Assembly (NCBI GenBank): GCA_030390025.1
Contig: CM059438.1
Coordinates: forward strand, 88,102,001-88,166,000
Length of the DNA: 64,000 nt
Origin: Squalus acanthias
Taxonomy: Eukaryota
Direction: 5' to 3'
The notes under the pieces are model-generated. The model ran no database searches and was not told the origin of the DNA. It saw only the letters and a program-made list of their open reading frames with translations. The position numbers and the translations under genes were made by a program. Shown piece after piece: positions 1 to 10,600 of this stretch. Position 1 is the first letter of the stretch. Each line of letters begins with the position of its first letter.

Positions 1-666
1 AGTTGAGTTTCTGGTTAATGGTGACCCCCCCCAGCATGTTGATAGTGGGGATTCGGCGATGGTAATGCCATTAAATGTCATGGGGAGGTGGTTAGACTCT
101 CGCTTGTTGGAGATAGTCATTGCCTGGCACTTCTGTGGCGCGAATGTTACCTGCCACTTATCAGCCCAAGCCTGAACGTCATCCAGGTCTTGTTGCATGC
201 GGGCATGGACTGCTTCATTATCTGTGGAGTTGTGAATGGTGCTGAACATTGTGCAGTCATCAGCGAACATCCCCATTTCTGAACTTATGTTGAAGGGAAG
301 GTCATTGATGAAGCAGCTGAAGATGGTTGGGCCTAGGACACTGCCCTAAGGAACTCCTGCAGCGATGTCCTGGGGCTGTGATGATTGACCTTCAACCACC
401 TCAACCATCTTCCTTTGTGCTAGGTATGACTCCAGCCAGTGGAGCGTTTTCCCCCTGATTCCCATTGACTTCAGTTTTACTAGGGCTCCTTGATGCCAGA
501 CTCGGTCAAATGCTGCCTTGATGTCAAGGGCAGTCACTCTCACCTCACCTCTGGAATTCAGCTCCTTTGTCCATGTTTGGACCAAGGCTGTAATGAGGTC
601 AGGAGCCGAGTGGTCTTGGCGGTACCCAAACTGGGCATCAGTGAGCAGGTTATTGGTGAGTAAGCA
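1..666 (-). mobile_element. CR1/L2-group non-LTR retrotransposon, RT fragment
   Basis: Minus-strand peptide QFGYRQDHSAPDLITALVQ...ALDIKAAFDRVWHQG...AGVP contains typical LINE RT motifs. Confidence 0.9.
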
Positions 667-869
667 TAGAGCAGCAAGTCTGCTAAGGCCCATAGGTGAA
701 GGGAAGCAGGCTGCAAATGACCCCCACTGCAAAGTGCAGCCAAAGTCATTGGAAGTAAATAATTGGTGAATTCTAAAATATATAAAATTAGTTGCATATC
801 ACATGTATTATGATAAACTACAGTAACCTTAATTATTAAACTGATACTCTTGTATAAACTTTGCTGCTT

Positions 870-1304
870 ATAGAAACATAGAAACATAGAATCTAGGAGC
901 AGGAGTAGGCCATTCGGCCCATCGAGCCTGCTCCACCATTCAATACGATCATGGCTGATCATTCAAATCCAGTACCCTGTCCCTGCTTTAATCCCCACAG
1001 TACACATATCCCACTCTACCCCCGTAACCCCACGTATTTAATTCCCCCTAACATATCCCATCCTATCCCCATAACCCCACATATTTAATCACCCCCTAAC
1101 ACTAAGGGTCAATTTATCATAGTCAAATCAACCTAACCCACACATTTTTGGACTGTGGGAGGAAACCGGAGCACCCGGAGGAAACCCACGCAGACACGGG
1201 GAGAATGTGCAAACTCCACACAGACAGTCACCCGAGGTCAGATTCGAACCCGGGTCCCTGGCGCTGTGAGGCACCAGTGCTAACCACTATGCCACCGTGT
1301 TGCC
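870..1304 (-). mobile_element. HE1-like V-SINE (tRNA-derived head, V domain, CR1-derived tail)
   Basis: tRNA-like head with B box (GGTTCGAATC on the minus strand), V-domain ggaaaccggagcacccggaggaaacccacgcagacacgggg, and CR1-type tail repeat (agaaacat)n; near-identical copy at 48128-48519. Confidence 0.88.
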
Positions 1305-1363
1305 TCCGTTTTAGAGAATCCACGTGAGCCACCCTCTGTGCAATGCAACTCTCCTATAATGCA

Positions 1364-1548
1364 TAAAGCAGAATACTGCAGATGCTGGGAATCTGACAAC
1401 AAAGAAAGAAAAAGCTGCAAATACTCAGCAGGTCAGGCAGCATCTGTAGCGAAACGGAGTTTCTTCAGGACTGAGAAACGGCCTTCGACCTGAAATGTCG
1501 ACTGACTAATGTTTCTCCACAGATGTTACCTGATCTTCAGAGTATTTC
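1364..1548. mobile_element. Short inverted Penelope terminal-repeat insertion with 13-bp TSD
   Basis: aatactcagcaggtcaggcagcatctg is shared with the Penelope end at ~15630 and has an inverted degenerate partner at ~1515-1546; ctcctataatgca at 1351-1363 and 1549-1561. Confidence 0.75.
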
Positions 1549-1689
1549 CTCCTATAATGCACTTTTTCAAATCTAGTACAATTCCTGCTTATTGGTTTCT
1601 GGGTAATTAGAAATACCTGCATGGTTGCTGAACATCTGTGCAACCTTGAGTAAATGTATCTCTGGGGCCGAATAATCCAAGGAACCTTG

Positions 1690-3250
1690 AGGAAATAAGG
1701 GTGGATTTTGCAGGAACAATTCCACAAATCACCGAATACTGGAGAGGTGCCTGGGGACTGGAGAAAGGCAGATGTTATTCCAATTTATAAAAAAGGTTGC
1801 AAAAATGACCCAGGAAACTACAGACTAGTGAGTTTGCAGTCTATTGTGAGTAAAATTATGGAAACCCTTATTAAAGATAAGCATCTGGATGGAAAAATCA
1901 TAAAAGATAGCCAATATGGGTTCATGAATGGAAGGTCTTGTCAATCTAACTTGGTGGTTTTCTTTGAGTGTGTGACAAAGGAGCTCGATAGGGGTACGGC
2001 AGTGAATGTGGTGTACTTGGATTTCAGTAAGGCCTTTGATACCTTGCCTCTAGAGAGGCAGATACTGAAAATAAAGAAAGTGGGAATCAGTGGAAATGTT
2101 TTACAATGGTTACGTAAGTGGCTGACCAATAGAACCCAGAGGGTGGTGGTAGAGCGATTGTCATCAGCCTGGGAGAATGTTACCAGTGGGTTCTACAGGG
2201 GTCTGTTTTGGGACCTCTTTTCTTTAATATCTTCATAAATGACCTGGAGCTAGGAGTCACAAGCACAATGACTAAATTTTCAGATGATACAAAGCTAATG
2301 AAGTTGGCAGACTCCCAACACTGAACAGGATAAGCTACAGGAAGATTTGAATATACTTGTGAATTAGGCAGGTGAAATTCAATGCAGAGAAATACATTGG
2401 GACAAAAAATCCAGGAAGGAACTATTATTTAAATGGAAAGAAAATAATGTGTGTGAAAAATGAAAGAGATCTGAGTAATGAAGCTATGAGCTGTGAGTAA
2501 CGCTAATCAGATGGGATGTATTAAAAGGTCAATATTGAACTGAAGTAGTCGGCAATCCTGCCACTTTATAATTGTTGCGATCACACTGTACAGTTCTGGT
2601 CGCCTCCGTACAGAGAGGATACTGCAGCTATTGAAAGGATAAAGGAGAGCAATCAGAATGATTGAAGGGATTGGATTATGATGAGCGATTATGTAAATTG
2701 GGCATGTGCTCACTAGAATAGAGAAGGTTGAGAGGCGATATGATTGCTGTTTTTAGGATTCCAAAGGGACTAGATTATGACTAGCTGTTTCACCTTGTTC
2801 GGAACAGTAGAACCAGAGGACATGGCCTGTACTTCTAGGGGGGTAAATTCAAAACTAATCTGCAGAAACATTATTTCAGTGAGCAAGAGGTAAATCTGTG
2901 GAACAGGCTCCCTAGGGAGATGGTAGAAGCAGATAGTAATGATTCATTTAAATGCAAATTATAGATTTCTTTCAGAAAATATTTTGGGATACAGTATGAG
3001 TAATTTGAGACATGACCTATGGTAAGTGTAGCATGCTTGGAAGGAATCGATGGCATTGGACCAAAGCTCTCCACCACTGGGGTTTTCCCCCGTGTTATAT
3101 TTGGGTCTGTTGTAGACTAATTGATGGAGATTGATTGCTATGATTAGTCAACAACTCCATTATCGTTGTATCATGCGACTGCCAGGATGATTGAAGGCGA
3201 ACTAGACAGACCTTGGTCTTTTTTCGTCTAGCAATTCCTCTGTTCCTATA
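1690..3250 (+). mobile_element. CR1 LINE, 5'-truncated and decayed (RT plus 3' UTR)
   Basis: Peptide VPGDWRKADVIPIYKKG..DPGNYRLVSL..GFMNGRSC..VYLDFSKAFD; frameshifted downstream; its 3' UTR matches the inverted copy at 56500-57170. Confidence 0.93.
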
Positions 3251-3546
3251 TTTATATAGCCCCTTAATGGTCTCAAGGGTGACATGCAAATTTCATCATT
3301 CTTCTACAAGTTGCAGCCATAGTAATTGCTACAGTTTTCAGTGTGGCCATTTGCAGGACATTAAAGCAATTCACAGACAATGAGTTAGTTTTGAAGTGTA
3401 GTCACTGTTATCTTGTAGGCAATTGCAGTAGCCAGTTTGCACACAGAGGTCCCACAGACAGCTTGTGAAATAAATGGTAATCTGTTTTGGCGGCATTAGT
3501 TGAAGGATAAACGTCAGCCAGGACATCTCCTGCTCTTCAAATAGTG

Positions 3547-3765
3547 AGAAGTCGCACAACACCAGGTTATAGTCCAACAGCTTTATTTGAAATCACAAGC
3601 TTTCGGAGCGCTGCTCCTTCGTCAGGTGACTTCACCTGACAAAGGAGCAGCGCTCCGAAAGCTTGTGATTTCAAATAAAGCTGTTGGACTATAACCTGGT
3701 GTTGTGCGGCTTCTCACTTTTGTCCACCCCAGTCCAACACCGGCATCTCCGCATCATGGCTACTA
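3547..3765. mobile_element. Palindromic Penelope-derived mini element with hammerhead ribozyme cores
   Basis: ~174-bp near-perfect palindrome at 3544-3717; TSD tcttcaaatagtg at 3534-3546 and 3766-3778. Confidence 0.8.
3593..3629 (-). ncRNA. Minimal type I hammerhead ribozyme motif
   Basis: Minus strand reads UCAC-C-CUGACGA-A-GGAGC-AGC-GCUCC-GAAA-GCUU-GUGA: intact core, 5-bp stem II, palindromic AAGCUU stem III, UCAC/GUGA stem I. Confidence 0.72.
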
Positions 3766-4484
3766 TCTTCAAATAGTGTCATGGGATCTTTGCAGGCCGA
3801 CAGGATCTTAGTTTAATGCCTCATCTGAAGTGTAAAAGACGGCACTTCCAGCAATGCAGCACTCACTCACTATTGCACCACAGTGTCAGCCTAGATAATG
3901 TGCTCAAACCCTGTAGTGGATTTGAACCCGTGAACTTCTGACTTGAGTGAGCATCCTACATTACAACGGTGAGTATACTGCAATAGTACTTCATTGGCTA
4001 TAAAGTGCTTTGGGTAAAAGTTGCTAAGTTCAGTAATCAACCATTTGTGTTTCCTTCAGATGCTGACGAGGACTTTCTGTTTTATTTATCTTTCTATCCT
4101 CCCTCCCAAAAATTAGCAGGCATTTTATCCCACACTTAGTTTTAAAGGCAAAAGAAAATCGAAGGGAGGGTAATTTTTGTTCAGTCAAGAAGGTGCATAC
4201 ACAAATTAGTCCCCAGGTCTTTTGCTGTAACATCAGCTGGGATTCCTCTCCCTTCCTTTCTCCCCTCTCTTTACCTCCCCACTTCCTCCACTATTTTGTA
4301 GCTGTAGGATGTTTTATCAATGTGGAAAGCCTTACCTAGGAACCTAAGCAATTAATCACATTGATCTCAACCTTTACGCTGTGCTGCAGAGTTCCCATTA
4401 CCACTGATGACACGGGCAAATCCATCTTGATACAGCTTGCTGATTTGTTTCTTTTCTCCTTTTCCTCCCTCCCCAAATTTTTAG

Positions 4485-4687
4485 TTCTTGCGTACATGCA
4501 GTTTGTGGAGGATTATTCTGAGCCGCAGCCTCACGTTTTTTACCAGACCCCACAGAATGAGCATATTTATGAGCAGCGAAACAAACGGTTTCAGGAAGTC
4601 TACGGATTCAATGACTCCTTCAGCAGCACTGATTCGTCTCTTGAGATTCTGCCGCCTCCAGCTCTCCCACCCAAACAAAGGCAGCTG
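4485..4687 (+). CDS. RAPGEF1: RAPGEF1 exon: autoinhibitory region and Crk SH3-binding motif PPALPPKQR
   Basis: Pyrimidine tract + TTAG acceptor at 4481-4484; donor CTG|GTGAGT; encodes [45 protein letters not shown]...[12 protein letters not shown]; phase 1 to 0. Confidence 0.96.
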
Positions 4688-7600
4688 GTGAGTTTGACTT
4701 TATTGTCTTTGCCAGGGATGCATAAAAGTCTGGATGTCTGGGTACAGTTACAAGGCTTGTAAACCTGAGATTCGGGGAGTGGGTAGAGAGGAGTGTATGG
4801 GAAGGAATCACTTCAGTGGGTTATAGCTAATGTACATTTTTCCATTTTAAGAAGCTGGGCACAACTTTTATCATCCACTGTGGTGTCTCAATTTTTTTTG
4901 ATAATTCTATGGCTATTGGATGGAAAGGATTTAAATATGCACTGTACTAAATAGACTTTTTATTTGTTAATGCATTTGTTTTGCAGTCAGTTCTTGCTTG
5001 TCGCAACTTAACCTAATTTCTCAAAAGTGATTGGATATTCAGTGAATTATTTGGTTAATCCCATGTTCACAGACATGTTAAAATAGAAAATCGGCCACTA
5101 GAGTTGTAACTTTTTTCATTTTAAACGTACAATTGGTGTTTAACTTTTTAAAAATAGCATCACTCTATTTTTGACGAGTTGCAGTATGTGCAGTTTAAAA
5201 TACTGTGATCAGTTGAAGCCTTTGTGTCTCATTCAGTTCCAAGCTAGGTCCTTCCAGGCCTTTCTGTGGTATCTGTGTGGTATCTCTTGCTTTTCATTAA
5301 GGCTTGCGGTTGTGTTTGATATGTATTGCTTATTTTTCTGGGGGTGGAGGAAGCGTGGTTGGGCAAAGGAAAATTAGTTCCAGGCAAGAAAAGAAATCAA
5401 TCTATTTTTTGAGCTTACTTTGGTCAGTTAGACGCTGAACCTGGAATTTCTAGGTATATGGTTGCAGACTTTGGTGTGTAAGATCATCGCTTAACATTTT
5501 GACTCTCTCCACATACTAGGCCCTGTACCTATTGGGGTAAATTTTGTGTACCCGTCTCTTTTGGCACAGAATGAAGTGTTTAAACTAGTGGTTCGAAGTC
5601 TTCAAAACTGCCAAAGACTCGGTCATTCTTTATCTATTCAGCTTCCATAGTTCATTAATGTCATACTCTTAATTTCCACTGCCCATTTTGATTTAAGTAG
5701 CTACTGATGGTGGGCAGATTGATGCTCAGTATTGGATTTGGTTTTGCTGCATGGTATGGCGCACATTGATGCTAGATCTGTTATATTTTTATTGAACATA
5801 AAGAAAACTAGTGTGGACTTTGGGAAAGAAGGTGCAAAGGAAAGCGTGAATTCATTTAAGCCACCATAAGCTTACACCTAAATAAACTCCTTTTGCATTA
5901 CTTGTTAAATTATAGATTATTTATAGTTTTTTTTTTATGAAGGGTCTTCCTTGTAATTTTTATTTCATGCTTAGTTAGAGACAGAAGACTGCCGGTGTCA
6001 TTGTAACTTTTGTGATTGTAATACAATTCCCAGCCAGTCCAAATCATATCTGAGTGCTTGAAATTTAAAAAAATTAAATAATAAGCAATGGGTAAATCTG
6101 TGCGAGGAACCAATGGATACAGACATCAGCTGTCCAAGTGTTCTGAAAAGATGCTGTTGGGTATAAAGTATTAATGCCCTGCTTATACTTTTATTTTCTA
6201 TATCTATAGATGTAAAATGCTTTTAGCAACCCACTTTATTACATTTGTTCCTTCCCTAGTCTTGTTTACACAGTGGAGCCACCTTTTTGCACTGTTAGCT
6301 AGACTCTTGTCAATGTATTCACTGGTTTCAATCTCCATAACAGTCAAGAGAAATGGTGCTCATTGTGCCACATTATGTACAATTACTTAAACTTGCATGT
6401 ATTCCTTTTTTGTTGTGCCTTTGTTTATCATGGCAAAACATTGGATTCGAACCATCTGAGGTTAAGCCTAAAATGTTTTTTTTTGACGCTATCGAAGCAA
6501 CATTGCAGGTTTTTATTGGTAAGCATGTGCAGGGTTTATACCAGGATTGCTGCTTTTGTAGTTTTGTGCTGTTGTAAATAAGATACTAGAAATGGTCCAG
6601 ACTTCAGAGTTGAGTTGATGGTTGAGGTTTGCAAGATCAAGTGTTTCACAATTGGAGTGCTTGAGGATGGAAAAGGCAACTTGTGGGATGAGTTCTGCCT
6701 TGCGTAAAAGCATTTGTTAATCAATCATTGAGTGGTATTGGTAGCTGTCCTTTGCTGGTTAATGACACCACTAAAAGGATTACATTTAGATTGTGACTGG
6801 TACTTCATTACAGTAACATGCAAAGTTTCTCATTACCTGATTATATGCCATAAGGGAGCATTTGAATCCAACATCATAGTTTGAAGTGAATATGTAAATG
6901 GATTATTTTTGGGATGGTTCGTCTGATGATTGTTCAGTTTCCTTTGCACCTTCGAAGATGAGCATTGTTGATTTGTGGTAGGATTTTTGACATTCTTGGA
7001 AATTTGCAATTTTTTTTGTAATTTGAAAACTTAGAATTGATATTTAGTTGCTGCTTAGAGTAGAAATGGCTAGTGGTAATCATTTTGGCAGGCTTGACAT
7101 TTTCTCATGTACTTTGCAATGCCTTGTTATCCTTCATCTTTTAGTCACTTTCCATTTAGAAGCTGCTTATTGTATTTAATGTACCAAGTGTTTGGACACT
7201 GGCTGTAAATATGGAATTTGAATACTTTGAAGAGAAGGTTTTTGTACAGAGAAACCTTTAAATTATGATCCTGTATTCAACTCTAGTGCTGTGGGTCACC
7301 TTTGAACCAGCAATTTACATTCTTCAGAAAACAGGACAATGAAGTCTAGATTTCTGACAGTTGTTTGGTAAAACAGCAATGTACATACATTGACTGAGCT
7401 GTCCACACTTGTGCTAAGCACAAACATTTGAATGCATTGAGTCTGCTATAGTGAACGGACCATATTTTTGAAATAGTGCAGTTATTGAAATCACACATGG
7501 GGAAGCGACCATACTCTCTGTTGACCCAAGCATGTTTACATGACACTCACTGACACAAGCTCCACCAAATGGCAGGCAGGTCTGCCAACGTTGGAGACTG

Positions 7601-10600
7601 CCCAGTGAGTTTGGAGCGCAGAGGCACGAATATGGCCAAACACTAGAGTATAAAGTTTTTTTTAACCGTGAAGATAAATGTTTTTTTTTAAATACTTGTA
7701 ATTTTCTGATTTCCTGATTTTTAAAAAAAATCGCATATAAAATATTCTTTAGAGAGAATTTTTGATTATACAACTTTGTTTAGCTTCACCCAGATTAAAT
7801 TTTTTCTGTCAAGCCAGTTGTTTGATTATGCATAGAAACCCATGCCCCATCCAAACCAGATCACTGAGAAATCCACGCAGTTTCTGATATGGAGTGCACA
7901 CTCTTGGGAAGATGTTAGCAAGTGCCAAAGGCCTAGGGATCTCCAAGAGACATAGTACTGCTTGAGTTTAACCAGTTTACCAGCACAGATTCCGGCTGCA
8001 TGTTCAGCCAGGATCATCCTGTTCATTAGGGTATTGTTTTAGTTATTTCTGGTTGAGTGGGAAGAATCCTAGCTCCAGTGGCAGGTCTACCCCTCTAGCT
8101 CCCAAAAACAGAACATGGATTGGCTAGTCAGTTATCAGCAGTGCTCTGGAGTACTGTAGACCTGCCTGGCCCAGGGATGAGTGAGTTCAGTTATATGAAG
8201 AGACTAGAGAAGCTGGGATTGTTCTCCTTAAAGCGGAGACAATTAAGGAGAGATTTAATGAGAGGTGTTCAAAATTCTGAGGGGTTTTGATAGTTAAAAA
8301 GGAGAAACTATTACCACTGGTGGTAACCAGAGGACACAGATTTAAGACTTGGCAAAAAAACCAGAGGGGAGATGAGAAATTTTCTTACACAGCGAATTAT
8401 GATCTGGAATTCATTGCCTGCGAGGGTGGTGAAAGCAGATTCAATAGTAACTTTCAAAAGGAAATTGGATATAAAAGGAAAAATTTGCAAGGTTATGGGG
8501 AAAGAGCAGGGGATTAGGATTAATTGGATAGATCTTTCAAAGAGCTGGCACAGGCACAGTGGGTCGAATGGCCGCCTCCTGTACTGTAAGATTCTGTAAT
8601 TCCTATCAGATTACTGAGTCTGCCAAGTAAGGTTCTGACTAAATCCAAATTGTCGTCAGGCATTTCATCTTGGAACCAATTAAAGGAAAGAGCTCACAAT
8701 CCCATCCCCCATCCACGCAGTACCACTATTTACGCTCCACCAAGGACGATGCAGTGAAATACTATACAGCTGTAGCCGATCATCATTGCAGCTTACCACA
8801 CAAAAATGAAACCGTTGAAATTGGCAGCTCTATCCAGCGGCACATGGGCACAACCCGTCCGTTGACTATTGAAGGATTGCAGAAAATAATCAGTAATGCA
8901 GATACTATTTTACAGTTTACACCACTTCTTTTCAAAGCAAGATGCCTTGTGCTTTTGTTTCGAGTGTCTGGGCACTGAAAAATATTCTGAATTGATGTTG
9001 CTGTTTTTTTTGATTTTCATATTTTGTTTGGTCTGGAGCCCGTTGCAGTCTCTCCAAATGTGGTCTTGCCATCACTGAATTGTATTCAGATGAATAAACA
9101 ATGAATTCCTGATCTCTGTCAAACAACCTGGAGGAGGTGCTGAGAGGAAGCACTTCTCCAAAGAAATTGGATGTTTAGTGTACCGAATAATATCAACAGA
9201 AATTGAGGAGCAGTCTTTTTATTTTTTTTAAATTTGGGAAGGACTTGTGCTGGTGGGGGTGACTGAAAGAAATTAAAAGAATGGCTGTATTATTAAAAAG
9301 ACTGAAATCCATGCTTTTGGGTTTTTCACAACACGTTGCACTACCTACCTTCTTTGGTTGAAAAAAGAACTAAGGATGGACCATGTGTTATATGAAGGAA
9401 AGAAAGATTGCTTAATACAGGATTAAAGGGCCCTCCACCAGTAGTGATTCTAGCCAGTTAGATTGCCCATGGTCTGTGGAGGATAATTTGAAGAATCCAG
9501 CACTTAAAAGTGAGTAATTTGCCTTTTCTGATTAGCATTATTTGTGTGAACAATTATGCTCCTAGAAAGAAATGATCAACATGGAAAGGTATGCTGTGTA
9601 GATGAAACCATATGAAAACCTCTTTCAACTGAGACTCTGTCCTTGAAAAAATGTCAAAGGTGACTTGTCAGTAAAACTTTGCTTGAATAAATTCTACACG
9701 AAATACTGGAACCAAGCATCTGCTTAACATCCTGTGACATTTTGTGGAACCACGGCAAATATCAAAAATGAAATATTATCGTTTTAATTAATCTGTATAG
9801 TTGTGTAAATATTTCAGCCTTAATAATTGACTTTTTAATAACACGAAATATCCTCCAAGTTGTAGTTTGCTCCCTTTACTATTGACCGTTTCTGTCTCTA
9901 TCTCTTTGTGTGTGTGTCTCTCTCTCTCTCTCTCTCTCTCCACTGATGTTCCCAGCAAGCATCCTATGCTGTTGCTTCATCTTCCTACTCCTCCTCCTTC
10001 TCTTCCTCCTCCTCTTCTTTCTATCTTCATCAGTCGAAGGTGCTTGTCCTGCCTGACGACGCCAATACTGCTACCAGTATCAGCATGTCCGTCTCCAATT
10101 CCTTCCTGAGTCGTCACAACTCCTTATCCTCATCTTCGGTGAGTGTGCTGCCTAAAGCTTGTGTCTTGTGATCTTCTGTGTGAGCATTCTTCCATCTGCC
10201 TCAGCTACTCAAAAAAGGAGAGGTCAGACTGGACTGTAATAGTTGGGCTTTAAAAACAAAACACTGCATTATCGTCGGTTTGAGAATCGCATGTTGGCTG
10301 TTTATCTGGGGTGATGTAACTTGTGATCAAGAATTTTTATTTGCAATTCCTGAATTGGAGCTAGGTAACTAAAACGGTAGGAGGGGCTTACTAACCAAAG
10401 TTATCGTTACATTGGATAACTCGAGTTTCAGGTTGAGTGCCTTTCAAAACTGCAGAGTTCTCATCAGAATTTTGTGTGTGCTAGCAACTGAAATTTCAAG
10501 TTGCCAGAGTGACTGAACAGATGTTCATATATAAAATGACAGACATACAGACTCCTAACTTTATAACATTACAAAAAAATTGCAGGTGTTGTATGAAATA

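Larger units (their letters stand above)
3385..3950 (-). mobile_element. DeuSINE (SacSINE1/AmnSINE-like), interrupted by a palindromic Penelope-derived insert
   Basis: Deu-domain-like motifs (cttcaaatagtgtcatgggatcttt, aaagacggcacttcc..tgcagcactc) and tRNA-like head (gatttgaacccg); homologous to 59155-59378. Confidence 0.75.

Noticed and set aside
1230-1304. tRNA gene (A/B boxes)
   Set aside because: It is the tRNA-derived head of a V-SINE, repeated at ~48445-48519.
3544-3717. Long hairpin as a miRNA precursor or CRISPR-like repeat
   Set aside because: Dispersed copies with TSDs and Penelope-type hammerhead cores explain it as a mobile element; there is no repeat-spacer array.
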